Source of the DNA: Alphaproteobacteria bacterium
GTDB lineage: Bacteria; Pseudomonadota; Alphaproteobacteria; UBA828
NCBI GenBank assembly: GCA_965221125.1
Contig: CBDCRW010000007.1
Span: 640,001 to 704,000 of the forward strand
Direction of reading: 5' to 3'
Length of the DNA: 64,000 bases
In this document: positions 54,880 through 64,000 of the stretch, piece after piece
Numbering within the stretch: position 1 is the stretch's first letter
How the letters are laid out: every line of letters begins with the position of its first letter
The notes under the pieces: model-generated
What the model was told of the DNA's origin: nothing
Databases searched by the model: none
What the model saw: the letters and a program-made list of their open reading frames with translations, nothing else
Made by a program: the position numbers and the translations under genes

Positions 54880-55341
54880 ATGCCGAAGATCGACATCGAC
54901 CGGGTGCCGGTAAAGACCGGCTCCGGCTATCCGGCGCCGTTCAAGGCGATGGCGGATGCGCGCGCCCGCCAGGCGCTGGGCGATGCCGGCGGGCTGACCC
55001 AGTTCGGCGTCAGCCTGACGCGCCTTCCGCCGGGTGCGGCGAGCGCGCAGCGCCATTGGCACGAGGCCGAGGACGAGCTTGTCTTCGTCGTCTCCGGAGA
55101 GCTGGTCCTGATCGAGGACGGCGGAGAGACGCCTCTGCGGGCGGGCGAGGCGGCCGCGTTCAGGGCCGGCCACGCGGACGGCCACCACCTGGTGAACCGC
55201 TCTGCGGAGGATGCCGTGGTGCTCGAGATCGGGACCCGCGCCGACGATGAGCGCGGCCACTACCCGGACGTCGACCTGGTCTATGAGAAACGCGGCGGCG
55301 CGATCCGCTTCACCAACAAGGCGGGCGAGCCCTACGACTGA
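54880..55341 (+). CDS. Cupin domain protein
   Basis: LGDAGGLTQFGV, RHWHEAEDE, GHHLVN. Confidence 0.9.
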   Translation: MPKIDIDRVPVKTGSGYPAPFKAMADARARQALGDAGGLTQFGVSLTRLPPGAASAQRHWHEAEDELVFVVSGELVLIEDGGETPLRAGEAAAFRAGHADGHHLVNRSAEDAVVLEIGTRADDERGHYPDVDLVYEKRGGAIRFTNKAGEPYD

Positions 55342-55362
55342 CCCGCGCGGGGCTTGCCGCGT

Positions 55363-55773
55363 CTACTCTTCGGTGGACGGCCGGTAGGTGCCGAAGTTCC
55401 AGAGATGGCCTTCGGGGTCACGGGCCGAGTAGTCGCGCGAGCCATAGGGCGTGTCCTCCAGCCCGCGCACGATCTCGGCGCCTGCGGCGACGGCCCGGGC
55501 GTAGTGGGCGTCGGTGTCCTCGACTACGACATAGATCGACTGCGTGACGCCGCCCAGGTCGCACGGAATCCTCATTTGGAGCTCGTCGTCGCGCTCGGAG
55601 CCCACCATGACCATGCCGTTGCCGAGCGCGAGCTGGGCGTGGGCAATCGTGCCGTCCGGGCCCGGCACGACCATGTTCTCGGTGAAGCCGAACGCCTCCT
55701 TGAGCCAGGCGATGGCGGCGGGCGCGTCGCGGTAGCTGAGGCAGGGAACGATGGCGGGGCCGGTCTCGGTCAT
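55363..55773 (-). CDS. VOC/glyoxalase-bleomycin resistance domain (internal ATG, in frame with the upstream SBP)
   Basis: PCLSYRDAPAAIAWLKEAFGF, HAQL, YGSRDYSARDPEGHLWNFGTY; AAGGA RBS-like sequence before ATG 55773. Confidence 0.85.
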   Translation of the reverse strand: MTETGPAIVPCLSYRDAPAAIAWLKEAFGFTENMVVPGPDGTIAHAQLALGNGMVMVGSERDDELQMRIPCDLGGVTQSIYVVVEDTDAHYARAVAAGAEIVRGLEDTPYGSRDYSARDPEGHLWNFGTYRPSTEE

Positions 55774-57249
55774 GGCGGCGTCCTTCTGCAAGTTCACCAG
55801 TAACTGGTCGCGGAGTATATCGGCAGGGGAGGGGGGCGCCTCTTCTTCCGCGTCCGCTTCCAGAACATCGTCAGGTGTCACTGCGGCGACGTCGGTCTCT
55901 GACGGCACGGGTCGGGCCTCGGCTTCGGGTAGGGCGCGCTCCGGGCACAGCGTGTTGGCGCGGCTGGGCGGGCCGAGGGCGAGGAACGCGTCGCGCGCGA
56001 GCCCCAGCGTCTGGCCGACGTCGGTGACCGTGTAGACGGTTTCCTGCGTGAGCGAGCCGTCGGGCGCCTCGACGACCTCGACGATGAACGTGCTGGTCAC
56101 GGCCTGGCGGTACGCGTCGAGTTCGACCGGGCCGCCGAAGGGGGTATCGAATCGCAGCGCGGCGAGGGCTTCGCGCAGGCGCTCGTGTCCGTCGCCCAGC
56201 GCGCCGTCGGTCTCGTCAAGCGCAAGCAGCACCGCTTTGGTGTTCACGTAGTAGCTGAGGGCGAACAGGCTGGGCGCGGGCCCTGCATCGGGAAAGCGCT
56301 CGCGGTAGCTGTCGGCGAACGCGGTCCAGGCGTCGTTGTCGTCGCTCTCCGAGATCGGCAGGGCCGAGATCGCCCCCGTCAGCAGCGGGCGGATGCCGCT
56401 CGCCCGGAGCAGGCTGCCGCCAAGCGTCGTGGCGCCTGCCACGATGGCCGCCTGCCCGCCGGCCTCGGCGTAGGCTTCCAGAAAATTCTCCGCCGCGCGC
56501 GGCTCCAGAGCCAGGAACAGCGCGTCCGTCTCCGTGCCGGCCACGGCCCGTGCGATTCGTGCAGCGTCACCCGCGCCGGTGGAAACCCAGTGCCTCGCCA
56601 GCACCTCGCCGCCAAGCGCGCAGTAGTCCAGCATGAAGCCCATGAGCTGCGTGTAGGGCAGCGAGTAGTCCTCGGCGACCGAGACGATCGTGCGCACGCC
56701 CTTCTCCTCGTAGGCGTAGCGTCCGAGCCCCGCGACCCACTGCATGCTGTCGGGATTGAAGCGGAAGAAGTTGTCCGCCGGCGCGCGCAGGGTCGCGTCC
56801 TGCGCCGCCGAAGCCCCGTTGACGAACGTCACGTCCGGCACGCTCTTCGCGAACTCCCGGATCGCGATGCCCTCGATCCCCGCGAGCGGGCCGATGAGAA
56901 TGCTGGCGCCGCGGTCGATCAGCGCGCGTGCCTTCGCGATGACCGAGTCCGGAGTCCCGTCGGTCGACTCGACGAACGCCTCGATGGGCCGCTCGCCGGC
57001 GCGTCCCTCGTGCTCGCCCAGGGCAAGCTCGTAGCCGCGCAGGGCATCCCGTCCGAGAGGCTCGAACGCGCCCTCGAGAGGAGCGAGGACGCCGATCTTC
57101 AGGGTTTCGGTGTCGGCACTCGCCTGTGCGCCGATCAGGAAGGATGCGGCGACCAGGACGGCTCCCGCAATGCGGCGTAGCCCGCGCGGCGCACGACCGC
57201 GCACTCGTCCACGGCGCGCGCTCCCCCTTGGTGGCGGCGCCTTCGTCAC
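55363..57249 (-). CDS. Branched-chain amino acid-type ABC substrate-binding protein reading in frame into the VOC domain
   Basis: Signal peptide, LKIGVLAPLEG, NFFRF, EDYSLPYTQLMGF; no stop codon before the VOC domain. Start GTG 57249 or 57204. Confidence 0.75.
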   Translation of the reverse strand: MTKAPPPRGSARRGRVRGRAPRGLRRIAGAVLVAASFLIGAQASADTETLKIGVLAPLEGAFEPLGRDALRGYELALGEHEGRAGERPIEAFVESTDGTPDSVIAKARALIDRGASILIGPLAGIEGIAIREFAKSVPDVTFVNGASAAQDATLRAPADNFFRFNPDSMQWVAGLGRYAYEEKGVRTIVSVAEDYSLPYTQLMGFMLDYCALGGEVLARHWVSTGAGDAARIARAVAGTETDALFLALEPRAAENFLEAYAEAGGQAAIVAGATTLGGSLLRASGIRPLLTGAISALPISESDDNDAWTAFADSYRERFPDAGPAPSLFALSYYVNTKAVLLALDETDGALGDGHERLREALAALRFDTPFGGPVELDAYRQAVTSTFIVEVVEAPDGSLTQETVYTVTDVGQTLGLARDAFLALGPPSRANTLCPERALPEAEARPVPSETDVAAVTPDDVLEADAEEEAPPSPADILRDQLLVNLQKDAAMTETGPAIVPCLSYRDAPAAIAWLKEAFGFTENMVVPGPDGTIAHAQLALGNGMVMVGSERDDELQMRIPCDLGGVTQSIYVVVEDTDAHYARAVAAGAEIVRGLEDTPYGSRDYSARDPEGHLWNFGTYRPSTEE

Positions 57250-57600
57250 GCTGTCCCGATCATGCCAAGGAATTTGCAACCCAACGCATTCGAGCATGTG
57301 CCGCGCGCGTCGCGCCTCGCGTGTGTCGCGCTTCGCGCGTTACGACCGCAAGCACTTATAGCGGCCCGCATCGGCCTTTGCCATGCGCGCGTCGCCTTTC
57401 GGCCTCGCACCCCGGCGCCCGAGCGTTCCTGCGTCGGAGCACCGCCATGCTGCGAGGCTCTCGTGCCCTCTCTCGCCGGACAACGGCGCACGAACGATGA
57501 CATCGGCCAGAATTCCGGGCTAGGCTATGAACCAGCGGGCTGTCGGAAGGGAGGCGCAGCGCGCCACCTCCGACGCCCCTCCGACATGAGGGAGGCGAAG

Positions 57601-58899
57601 ATGGCAAAGACCACGAAGCATCGGAAACAGGGACCGAGCCGGCGCTCGATACTCAAGGGCGCTGCCGCGGTGGCCGGCGTCGCAGCCGGCACCAAGGCGC
57701 TGGGCGGTTTTCCGACCGTCTGGGCGCAGGACACGAAGGATATCGTCATCAACCATTCCGGCATGTCCTACTCGACGATCATCCAGATCGCCGAGCAGGC
57801 GACGGTCGATCTGCCGTTCTCGGTGGAGATGTCCGTCACCGATCACGCGGGCATGCTCAACCGGCTGACCACGCAGTCCGATTCCATCGATGTCGCCGAC
57901 ATCGAGCTCTGGATGCGGGTCATCACCGTGCCGCGCGGCATCTATCAGGCGGTCGACCCGTCCAAGATCACGCACTGGGACAAGGCGACCCCGATCTATC
58001 GGGACGGCCAGTTGGAGGGCAAGCAGATCTCTCGTCAGGGGGTCTCGCCCCACGAGGTGATGTACTTCACCGACGCGGACGCCAAGGAAATCGCCGACGG
58101 CAACACCGATTACGCGACCATGATCCCCGGCGTGTTCAACGCCGATACGCTCGGCATCCAGCCGGACGCGATCGGCCGCCCGATCAACAACTGGCACGAG
58201 CTCTTCAACGACGAGTTCAATGGCCGCGCCGCGGGCATGGACATCCCGCCGATCATGATCATGGATGCGGCGCTCGCCATCGAATCCACCGGCGAGTACA
58301 CCTACGCCGACAAGGGCAACATGACCAAGGAAGAGATCACGATGACCGTGGACCGGCTCATCGACCTCAAGAGGAAGGGTCATTGGCGGGCACTCTGGGG
58401 CACCTTCGACCAGTCGGTGCAGCTCATGACCTCGGGCGAAGTGGTCATCCAGTCGATGTGGTCGCCGGCGGTGACCGCCGTGCGCGCGCAGGGCGTGCCC
58501 TGCATCTATCAGCCGCTCGCCGAGGGCTATCGGGGCTGGGGCAACGGGCTCAGCCTGATGAGCCATCTCGAGGGCAAGAGACTGGGCGCGGCCTACGACT
58601 ATCTCAACTGGTACTACAGCGGCTGGATGGGCGCCTTCATCGCCAAGCAGGGCTACTATCTCGGCGTCGCCGAAACCGCCAAGGCCTTCATGGAGCCCTA
58701 CGAGTGGGATTACTGGTACGAGGGCAAGCCGGCGGAAGGCCCGATCCACGATCCCTACGGCACGCTGATGGAGAAGCCGGGGCACGTCCGCGACGGCGGC
58801 TCGTTCTCGCAGCGCTTCGGCAACATGGCCTGCTGGAACACGCTGATGGACAACCACCAGTTCCTGCTCAAGAAGTGGACGGAGCTGCAGACGGCCTAA
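57601..58899 (+). CDS. PotD/PotF-like extracellular solute-binding protein with Tat signal
   Basis: SRRSILK twin-arginine motif; NADTLG, QSMWSPAV, EGYRGW; GGAGG RBS. Confidence 0.88.
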   Translation: MAKTTKHRKQGPSRRSILKGAAAVAGVAAGTKALGGFPTVWAQDTKDIVINHSGMSYSTIIQIAEQATVDLPFSVEMSVTDHAGMLNRLTTQSDSIDVADIELWMRVITVPRGIYQAVDPSKITHWDKATPIYRDGQLEGKQISRQGVSPHEVMYFTDADAKEIADGNTDYATMIPGVFNADTLGIQPDAIGRPINNWHELFNDEFNGRAAGMDIPPIMIMDAALAIESTGEYTYADKGNMTKEEITMTVDRLIDLKRKGHWRALWGTFDQSVQLMTSGEVVIQSMWSPAVTAVRAQGVPCIYQPLAEGYRGWGNGLSLMSHLEGKRLGAAYDYLNWYYSGWMGAFIAKQGYYLGVAETAKAFMEPYEWDYWYEGKPAEGPIHDPYGTLMEKPGHVRDGGSFSQRFGNMACWNTLMDNHQFLLKKWTELQTA

Positions 58900-58957
58900 G
58901 CAGCGTTATTCGTGCGGGCGGGGCCGGCGTGCCGGCCCCGCCCCGATCTTTCGCACG

Positions 58958-59851
58958 ATGCGACTCAAGCTTTCACTGAGCAACGGCACCGGCGCCAGGC
59001 GGCGGCCTGGGGTGAGAGCGATGCCGCTCGGCCTCGCGCTGGCGGTCTTCTTCATTCTGCCGCTGGGCGTGCTATTGGCGGTCAGCTTCTTCGAGAACGA
59101 CATGATCTTCGGCATGCGCCCCGCGCTTACGCCGGAGAGCTATATCGAGCTGTTCACCACCATGAACACGCTCTGGCTCTATCTGAGCACGCTGAAGTTC
59201 GCGGCGATCGTCTGGGCCATCACGCTGCTGATCGGCTTCACCATCGCCTATTTCCTGGTGTTCCACGTCCGCTCGCTGCTCATCGCGATCGGCCTGTTTC
59301 TGCTTTGCACCGTTCCGTTCTGGACCTCGAACATCATCCGCATGATTTCGTGGATCCCGCTGCTGGGGAAGCAGGGGCTGGTCAATCAGGCGTTGATGGG
59401 CCTCGGCATCGTCGACGATCCGGTGGAGTGGCTGCTCTTCTCCGACTTCTCGGTGGTGCTCAGCTACGTCCACCTCTTCACGCTGTTCATGATCGTGCCG
59501 ATCTTCAACTCGATGGCGCGTATCGACAAGGCGCTGATCGAGGCGGCGCGGGACGCGGGCGCGAGTTCTCTTCGCATCATGTGGGAGGTCATCGTCCCGC
59601 TCTCGCGCAGCGGCATCGCGCTCGGCTCGATCTTCGTCATCGTGCTGGTGATGGGCGATTTCTTCGTCATCAAGGTGATGAGCGGCGGGCGCAGCGCTTC
59701 CGTGGTCTCCTCGATCTTCGAGGACATCAACGTGCTGCTCTACCCCTCCGGGGCGGCGAGCGCCGTGGTGCTGCTGATCGTGGTGGTGATGATGGTGATG
59801 GGCGTGCTGCGGGTGGTCAACATCCGCAGGGAACTCGCGGGCAGTTCGTAG
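58958..59851 (+). CDS. ABC permease (PotB-like)
   Basis: PFWTSNIIR, LIEAARDAGA; start may be 59021. Confidence 0.88.
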   Translation: MRLKLSLSNGTGARRRPGVRAMPLGLALAVFFILPLGVLLAVSFFENDMIFGMRPALTPESYIELFTTMNTLWLYLSTLKFAAIVWAITLLIGFTIAYFLVFHVRSLLIAIGLFLLCTVPFWTSNIIRMISWIPLLGKQGLVNQALMGLGIVDDPVEWLLFSDFSVVLSYVHLFTLFMIVPIFNSMARIDKALIEAARDAGASSLRIMWEVIVPLSRSGIALGSIFVIVLVMGDFFVIKVMSGGRSASVVSSIFEDINVLLYPSGAASAVVLLIVVVMMVMGVLRVVNIRRELAGSS

Positions 59852-59861
59852 GAGCGCAGGC

Positions 59862-60716
59862 ATGGCGCGATCGGCGAAGACCCACAAGCCTCGGCCCTGG
59901 ACCTTCTATCCGCTGGCGGTGTTCTTCGGGTTGTTCGTGCTGTTCCTCTACGGCCCGATGTTCTGCATCTACATCCTGTCGTTCCAGGGGCCGAACGCCT
60001 CGCTGGTGTTCCCCATGCAGGGCGTCTCGCTGCACTGGTTCGAGGCGCTGTTCGGCCAGGCGCGGACCGGCGACGTGGGCGGCGCGTTCGCACGCTCGCT
60101 GCCGCTCTCGCTCATCATCCTCTCGATCACCGTGCTCTTCTCGGTGGCGGCGGGGCTCGCGTTCCGCAGCCGGTTCTTCGGCAACTCGGTGATCTTCTAC
60201 ACGGCGATCGGAAGCCTCGTGGTGCCGGGCCTCGTGCTCGGCGTCGGCATCACGCTGCTGCTCCAGCTGATGGGCTGGAACGCGCATTGGTATTCGTCGG
60301 CGCTCGGCGCGCACCTCACCTGGACGCTGCCGTTCGGGCTCCTCATCATGTTCGCCGTGCTGAGCCGCTTCGATCCGCGCGTGGAGGAAGCGGCGCGCGA
60401 CCTCGGCGCGAGCAACCTGCAGTCCCTCTGGTACGTGATGATCCCGATCCTGCTGCCGGGCATCATCGCGGTGGCGCTCTTCGGCTTCACTCTCTCCTAC
60501 GACGAGTTCCCGCGCAGCACGTTCACCGTCGGGGCGCGCAACACGCTGCCGCTGGAGATCTGGAGCATGACCACCAACATCACCTCGCCGGCGCTCTATG
60601 CCCTCGGCACCGTCACGACGGCGATCTCCTTCTTCATCATCCTCGTCTCGCTGACAGCCATCGGCCTGATTCAATCGCGTCGCCAGCGCGCCCGGCGGAA
60701 GGAGCCCAAGGCGTAA
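59862..60716 (+). CDS. ABC permease (PotC-like)
   Basis: SLHWF, EEAARDLGA, FTLSYDEF, TLPLEIW. Confidence 0.9.
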   Translation: MARSAKTHKPRPWTFYPLAVFFGLFVLFLYGPMFCIYILSFQGPNASLVFPMQGVSLHWFEALFGQARTGDVGGAFARSLPLSLIILSITVLFSVAAGLAFRSRFFGNSVIFYTAIGSLVVPGLVLGVGITLLLQLMGWNAHWYSSALGAHLTWTLPFGLLIMFAVLSRFDPRVEEAARDLGASNLQSLWYVMIPILLPGIIAVALFGFTLSYDEFPRSTFTVGARNTLPLEIWSMTTNITSPALYALGTVTTAISFFIILVSLTAIGLIQSRRQRARRKEPKA

Positions 60717-60756
60717 TCGGCTCGCGCTTGGGAGCCGCTGCCGCGATGGCGCCGGC

Positions 60757-61296
60757 TCAGGCCCTCCGCCGCGTCACCATCCTCTTGGTTCCCTCGTAGC
60801 GGAGGTTCTTGCAGAGCCGGGCGAAGCCGTCGAGGTTCTCCACGATGCGCGCGAAGATGCAGCCCTGGTTGGGGTGCGGCGTGTCGCCGTACCAGAGCGT
60901 CGTGGGGAAGCGCATCCCGGCATGGCGGCCGTAAGCGAACGTGACCTCCTTGAGCCAGGGGTCCCAGATGAAGTCGCCTGGGGCCATCCGGGTCTGCCGA
61001 TTCTCCAGCTCGTAGCCGAGCGCCGGCACCATGTCGATCCGGTCGAGGTAGAAGGCGGCGTGGCCGAAGAAGGCGCAGTGGATGATGTGGGCGTCGATCG
61101 GCATCATCTGCCAATAGGCTTCGCAGGTCTTGGGCGCGGCGGTCTCCAGCAGCGCGCCGACGCAGACCTCGCCGTCGATCTCGATCTCGAAGCGGCGGAA
61201 GCTGTCGGGGATGTCGTTCGGAATCTCGAACTGGTCGTACCACCACTCGTCCCACATCTCGCGCTGTGCAACCGTATCGACCGGCTTGTCCGCCAT
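60757..61296 (-). CDS. DUF3830-like protein (cyclophilin-like fold)
   Basis: APKTCEAYW..P..H..G, EN..PGD, EVTFAYG pattern. Confidence 0.65.
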   Translation of the reverse strand: MADKPVDTVAQREMWDEWWYDQFEIPNDIPDSFRRFEIEIDGEVCVGALLETAAPKTCEAYWQMMPIDAHIIHCAFFGHAAFYLDRIDMVPALGYELENRQTRMAPGDFIWDPWLKEVTFAYGRHAGMRFPTTLWYGDTPHPNQGCIFARIVENLDGFARLCKNLRYEGTKRMVTRRRA

Positions 61297-61435
61297 GAAT
61301 CCCTCCGTCCGTTTTGGCGCCGTACGCCCGAGGTACGACGGTCATAGTACGAAATCGTTGCCGGCACCGGGCAAGCTCTTTGCTGCCCGGCCATGATGGA
61401 GCCGGAGCGCGTCTGCGAACCGGCACCTGGGTGGA

Positions 61436-61482
61436 CACGAACGCACTATTGAGCTACAATGTAGCCCAATAGTGCGTTCGTG
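61436..61482. promoter_or_regulatory. 47-bp palindrome upstream of dinJ (candidate autoregulatory operator)
   Basis: CACGAACGCACTATTGAGCTACA-A-TGTAGCCCAATAGTGCGTTCGTG, 22 of 23 positions complementary. Confidence 0.8.
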
Positions 61483-61493
61483 AGGATCGGATC

Positions 61494-61751
61494 ATGAACA
61501 CCGTCGTCCGCGCCCGCATAGACGAAAAAACCAAAGAGGAGGCCGCTGCGGTGCTGGACGCGATCGGCCTTACGGTGTCCGACGCCTTTCGCCTGATGAT
61601 GGTGCGAATCGCCGCCGAGAAGCGACTGCCCTTCGAGCCCCTGGTGCCCAATAACGAGACGATCGAAGCCATGAAAGCTGCCCGGCGCGGCGACTTGATC
61701 GCCGTCGGCGGCGTGGATGAACTGATGGCTGATCTGAATGCGGACGATTAG
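61494..61751 (+). CDS. dinJ: RelB/DinJ-family antitoxin
   Basis: VVRARIDEKTKEEAAAVL..GLTVSDAFR..LPFEPLVPN. Confidence 0.92.
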   Translation: MNTVVRARIDEKTKEEAAAVLDAIGLTVSDAFRLMMVRIAAEKRLPFEPLVPNNETIEAMKAARRGDLIAVGGVDELMADLNADD

Positions 61752-62019
61752 GCTGACGGCAGCTTTCAAACGAGACTACAGACGCGAGAAGAAAGGCCGC
61801 TTCGCCAAGACCCTCGACCTGGAGGTCAAGAACGTCGTAGCCGATCTGGCAGCCGATCGGCCCCTGCCGCAACGCCATCACGATCATGCGCTGACCGGGC
61901 CGTGGAAAGACCATCGCGACTGCCACGTTCGGCCCGACCTGATCTTGATCTATCGCAAGCCGGATACCGACCACCTCGATCTCGTACGCTTGGGTTCCCA
62001 CAGCAAGCTCGGCTTTTGA
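61738..62019 (+). CDS. yafQ: YafQ-family mRNA interferase toxin
   Basis: FKRDY, DHALTG.W, RDCHVRPDLILIY, RLGSHSKL. Confidence 0.92.
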   Translation: MRTIRLTAAFKRDYRREKKGRFAKTLDLEVKNVVADLAADRPLPQRHHDHALTGPWKDHRDCHVRPDLILIYRKPDTDHLDLVRLGSHSKLGF

Positions 62020-62147
62020 CCGGAGCGGTTGCCGGGCCCAACGAATCCTCGCTCGATGGAGGCGGTATTGGGGTGTTCGAGCAGGCCGCCAATGGTGGAG
62101 AGGTCGGGGCAGTTCGACATCGCGCGGGTTTGATATAATGGCGCCCC

Positions 62148-63524
62148 ATGAACCTCCATCGGATGCTTGAGGATCGCGCGCGGGCCAGGAAGCCCGTGCG
62201 GGTCGGACTGATCGGCGCCGGCAAGTTCGGCACCATGTTTCTCGCTCAGGCCAGGCGCACGCCCGGCTTCCACGTAATGGCGGTGGCCGATCTCGTCCCC
62301 GCCCGCGCCGACGCCGCGCTGGCCCGTGTCGGCTGGGCGGAGGACGAGCGCCGGGCGCGCTCCTTCGCCCAGGCCCTGCAGAGCGGCGGCGCCTGCGTCA
62401 CCGACGACGCGTTCGCGTTAATCGCGGCCGAGGACCTCGACGTGGTGATCGACGCGACCGGCCATCCCGCCGCCGGCATCGCCCATGCGCGCGCCTGCTT
62501 CGCCGCCGGGCGCCACGTGGTGATGGTCAACGTCGAGGCCGACGCCCTCGCCGGGCCGCTGCTCGCCAGGGAGGCGGAAGAGGCCGGCGTGGTCTATTCG
62601 CTGGCCTATGGCGACCAGCCGGCATTGATCGCGGAGATGGTGGACTGGGCGCGCGCATCGGGGCTCGATGTCATCGCGGCCGGCAAGGGCACCCGCTATC
62701 AGCCGGGCTTCCACCATGTCACGCCCGACGACGTCTGGACCCACTACGGGCTCACGCCGGCGGAGGCCGAGGCCGGCGGCATGAACCCGCAGATGTTCAA
62801 CTCCTTCCTCGACGGCACCAAGTCGGCGATCGAGATGACCGCCGTCGCCAACGCTACCGGCCTCACTGCGGCGCCGGAGGGGCTCGCCTTCCCGCCCTGC
62901 GGGGTCGACGACCTGCCGTCGGTGCTGAAACCGCGCGCGGACGGCGGCACCCTGCATCACAAGGGTCAGGTGGAGGTGATCGCGAGCGAAGCGCGGGACG
63001 GCAGCGCGCTCGACGGGCACCTGCGCTGGGGCGTCTACGCGGTGTTCGAGGCCGGCACCGACTATGTCGCCGCCTGCTTCCGCGAGTACGGGCTTTGCAT
63101 CGATTCCACCGGGCGCTACGCCTCGATGTACAAGCCCTATCACCTGATCGGGCTGGAGCTTGGCATCTCGGTGGCGAGCGCCGCGCTGCGCGGCGAGCCC
63201 ACCGGCGCGCCGACCGGGTTCCGCGCCGATGCGGTCGCCTGCGCCAAGGCGCACCTGCAGTCGGGCACGCAGCTCGATGGAGAAGGGGGCTACACCGTCT
63301 ACGGCCGGCTGATGCCGGCGGCGGCAAGCCTCGCCGGCGGCTACTTGCCCATCGGCCTCGCCCACGGAGTCAGGCTGACCCGCGCCGTGGAGCCGGACAC
63401 GCCGCTGACCTGGGCCGACGTGACGGCCGACGAGGACGACGCGGCGGCGGAGGCAGTCCGCACCCGGCGCGCGATGGAGCAGGCGTTCGCGCCGCAGGCG
63501 TCGCCCTCGGCAGCGCTGGCCTGA
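62148..63524 (+). CDS. Homoserine dehydrogenase-like NAD(P) oxidoreductase with C-terminal SAF domain
   Basis: GAGKFG, NVEAD, GDQP, MFNSFLDGTKSAIEM, PYHLIGLE, LDGEGGY. Confidence 0.85.
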   Translation: MNLHRMLEDRARARKPVRVGLIGAGKFGTMFLAQARRTPGFHVMAVADLVPARADAALARVGWAEDERRARSFAQALQSGGACVTDDAFALIAAEDLDVVIDATGHPAAGIAHARACFAAGRHVVMVNVEADALAGPLLAREAEEAGVVYSLAYGDQPALIAEMVDWARASGLDVIAAGKGTRYQPGFHHVTPDDVWTHYGLTPAEAEAGGMNPQMFNSFLDGTKSAIEMTAVANATGLTAAPEGLAFPPCGVDDLPSVLKPRADGGTLHHKGQVEVIASEARDGSALDGHLRWGVYAVFEAGTDYVAACFREYGLCIDSTGRYASMYKPYHLIGLELGISVASAALRGEPTGAPTGFRADAVACAKAHLQSGTQLDGEGGYTVYGRLMPAAASLAGGYLPIGLAHGVRLTRAVEPDTPLTWADVTADEDDAAAEAVRTRRAMEQAFAPQASPSAALA

Positions 63525-63536
63525 GAAGAGGGAGCC

Positions 63537-64000
63537 ATGCCCAAGCATCTTTCGCCGGACGCCATCGCCCGGTACGAGCGCGACGGCTTCTATTTCCCGA
63601 TCCAGGTGATGTCGGCGGCGGAGGCGCGCGCGATCCGCGCCGATGTCGAGGCCGCCGAGCGCCACTTCGCCGCGCGGGGGGAGCGGCTGCGCCACCGGCC
63701 CCATCTGGTCGTGACGGCGCTCGACCGGCTGATCCGCAACGAGACGATGCTCGACGCCGTCGAGGACCTGCTCGGCCCCGACATCCTCTGCTGGACCTCG
63801 CTCTTCTTCACCAAGAACGCGCACGACCCCGCCTTCGTCTCCTGGCATCAGGATTCGACCTACTGGGGCCTCAGCACGGCCGACGTGGTCACCGCCTGGA
63901 TCGCGCTTTCGCCCAGCACCGTCGAATCAGGCGCCATGCGGTTCGCGCCCGGCACCCACAAGCTCGACCAGATTTCCCACCGCGAAACCTTCGGCGAGCA
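63537..64000 (+). CDS. Phytanoyl-CoA dioxygenase (PhyH) family protein, 3' end outside the window
   Basis: Manual translation MPKHLSPDAIARYERDGF..FVSWHQDSTYWGL..TAWIALS..GAMRFAPGTH. Confidence 0.88.
   Translation, partial: MPKHLSPDAIARYERDGFYFPIQVMSAAEARAIRADVEAAERHFAARGERLRHRPHLVVTALDRLIRNETMLDAVEDLLGPDILCWTSLFFTKNAHDPAFVSWHQDSTYWGLSTADVVTAWIALSPSTVESGAMRFAPGTHKLDQISHRETFGE

Noticed and set aside
54861-54880. Selenocysteine read-through at the GDCCVxC TGA
   Set aside because: The TGA follows the complete domain and is followed directly by the next gene's AGGAGG; no SECIS-like hairpin is evident.
57365-57445. Third copy of the 52-bp repeat
   Set aside because: Only patchy similarity in GC-rich sequence, compatible with chance.

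Overview
High-GC (about 70%) chromosomal window from an alphaproteobacterium, probably Rhodospirillales-like (inferred from gene order and protein families). Core content: CCA-adding enzyme/Nudix/DUF1285 cluster; a CUT1 sugar ABC transporter in line with acetoin-dehydrogenase-type acoABC; acetoacetate-CoA ligase; a complete SUF operon (Rrf2-sufBCDSUTA); three tRNAs (Pro-TGG, Val-TAC, Asp-GTC); HU; the full nuoA-N operon followed by birA-coaX-rnj-mce-DUF1467-tag; a XylFGH-like ABC system with a Gfo/Idh/MocA dehydrogenase and a divergent CRTAC1/ASPIC-UnbV protein; a polyamine-type ABC system; and dinJ-yafQ. Accessory content: one intact IS1380 element with IRs and a CTAA target duplication, and an MNT-HEPN toxin-antitoxin pair whose toxin is split by a low-GC frameshifted gene. 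The least explained signals are (1) 11 GAGA(C/T) motifs spaced at a mean of exactly 10.5 bp upstream of the ABC-aco operon, (2) a recurring intergenic TAAnnnnTTG motif and a 52-bp dispersed repeat, (3) an in-frame substrate-binding-protein/VOC fusion, and (4) a sharply lower-GC but intact C-terminal block in the CCA enzyme. No CRISPR array, rRNA, prophage or reverse transcriptase was seen. All family calls come from motif recognition by eye; no database search was run.
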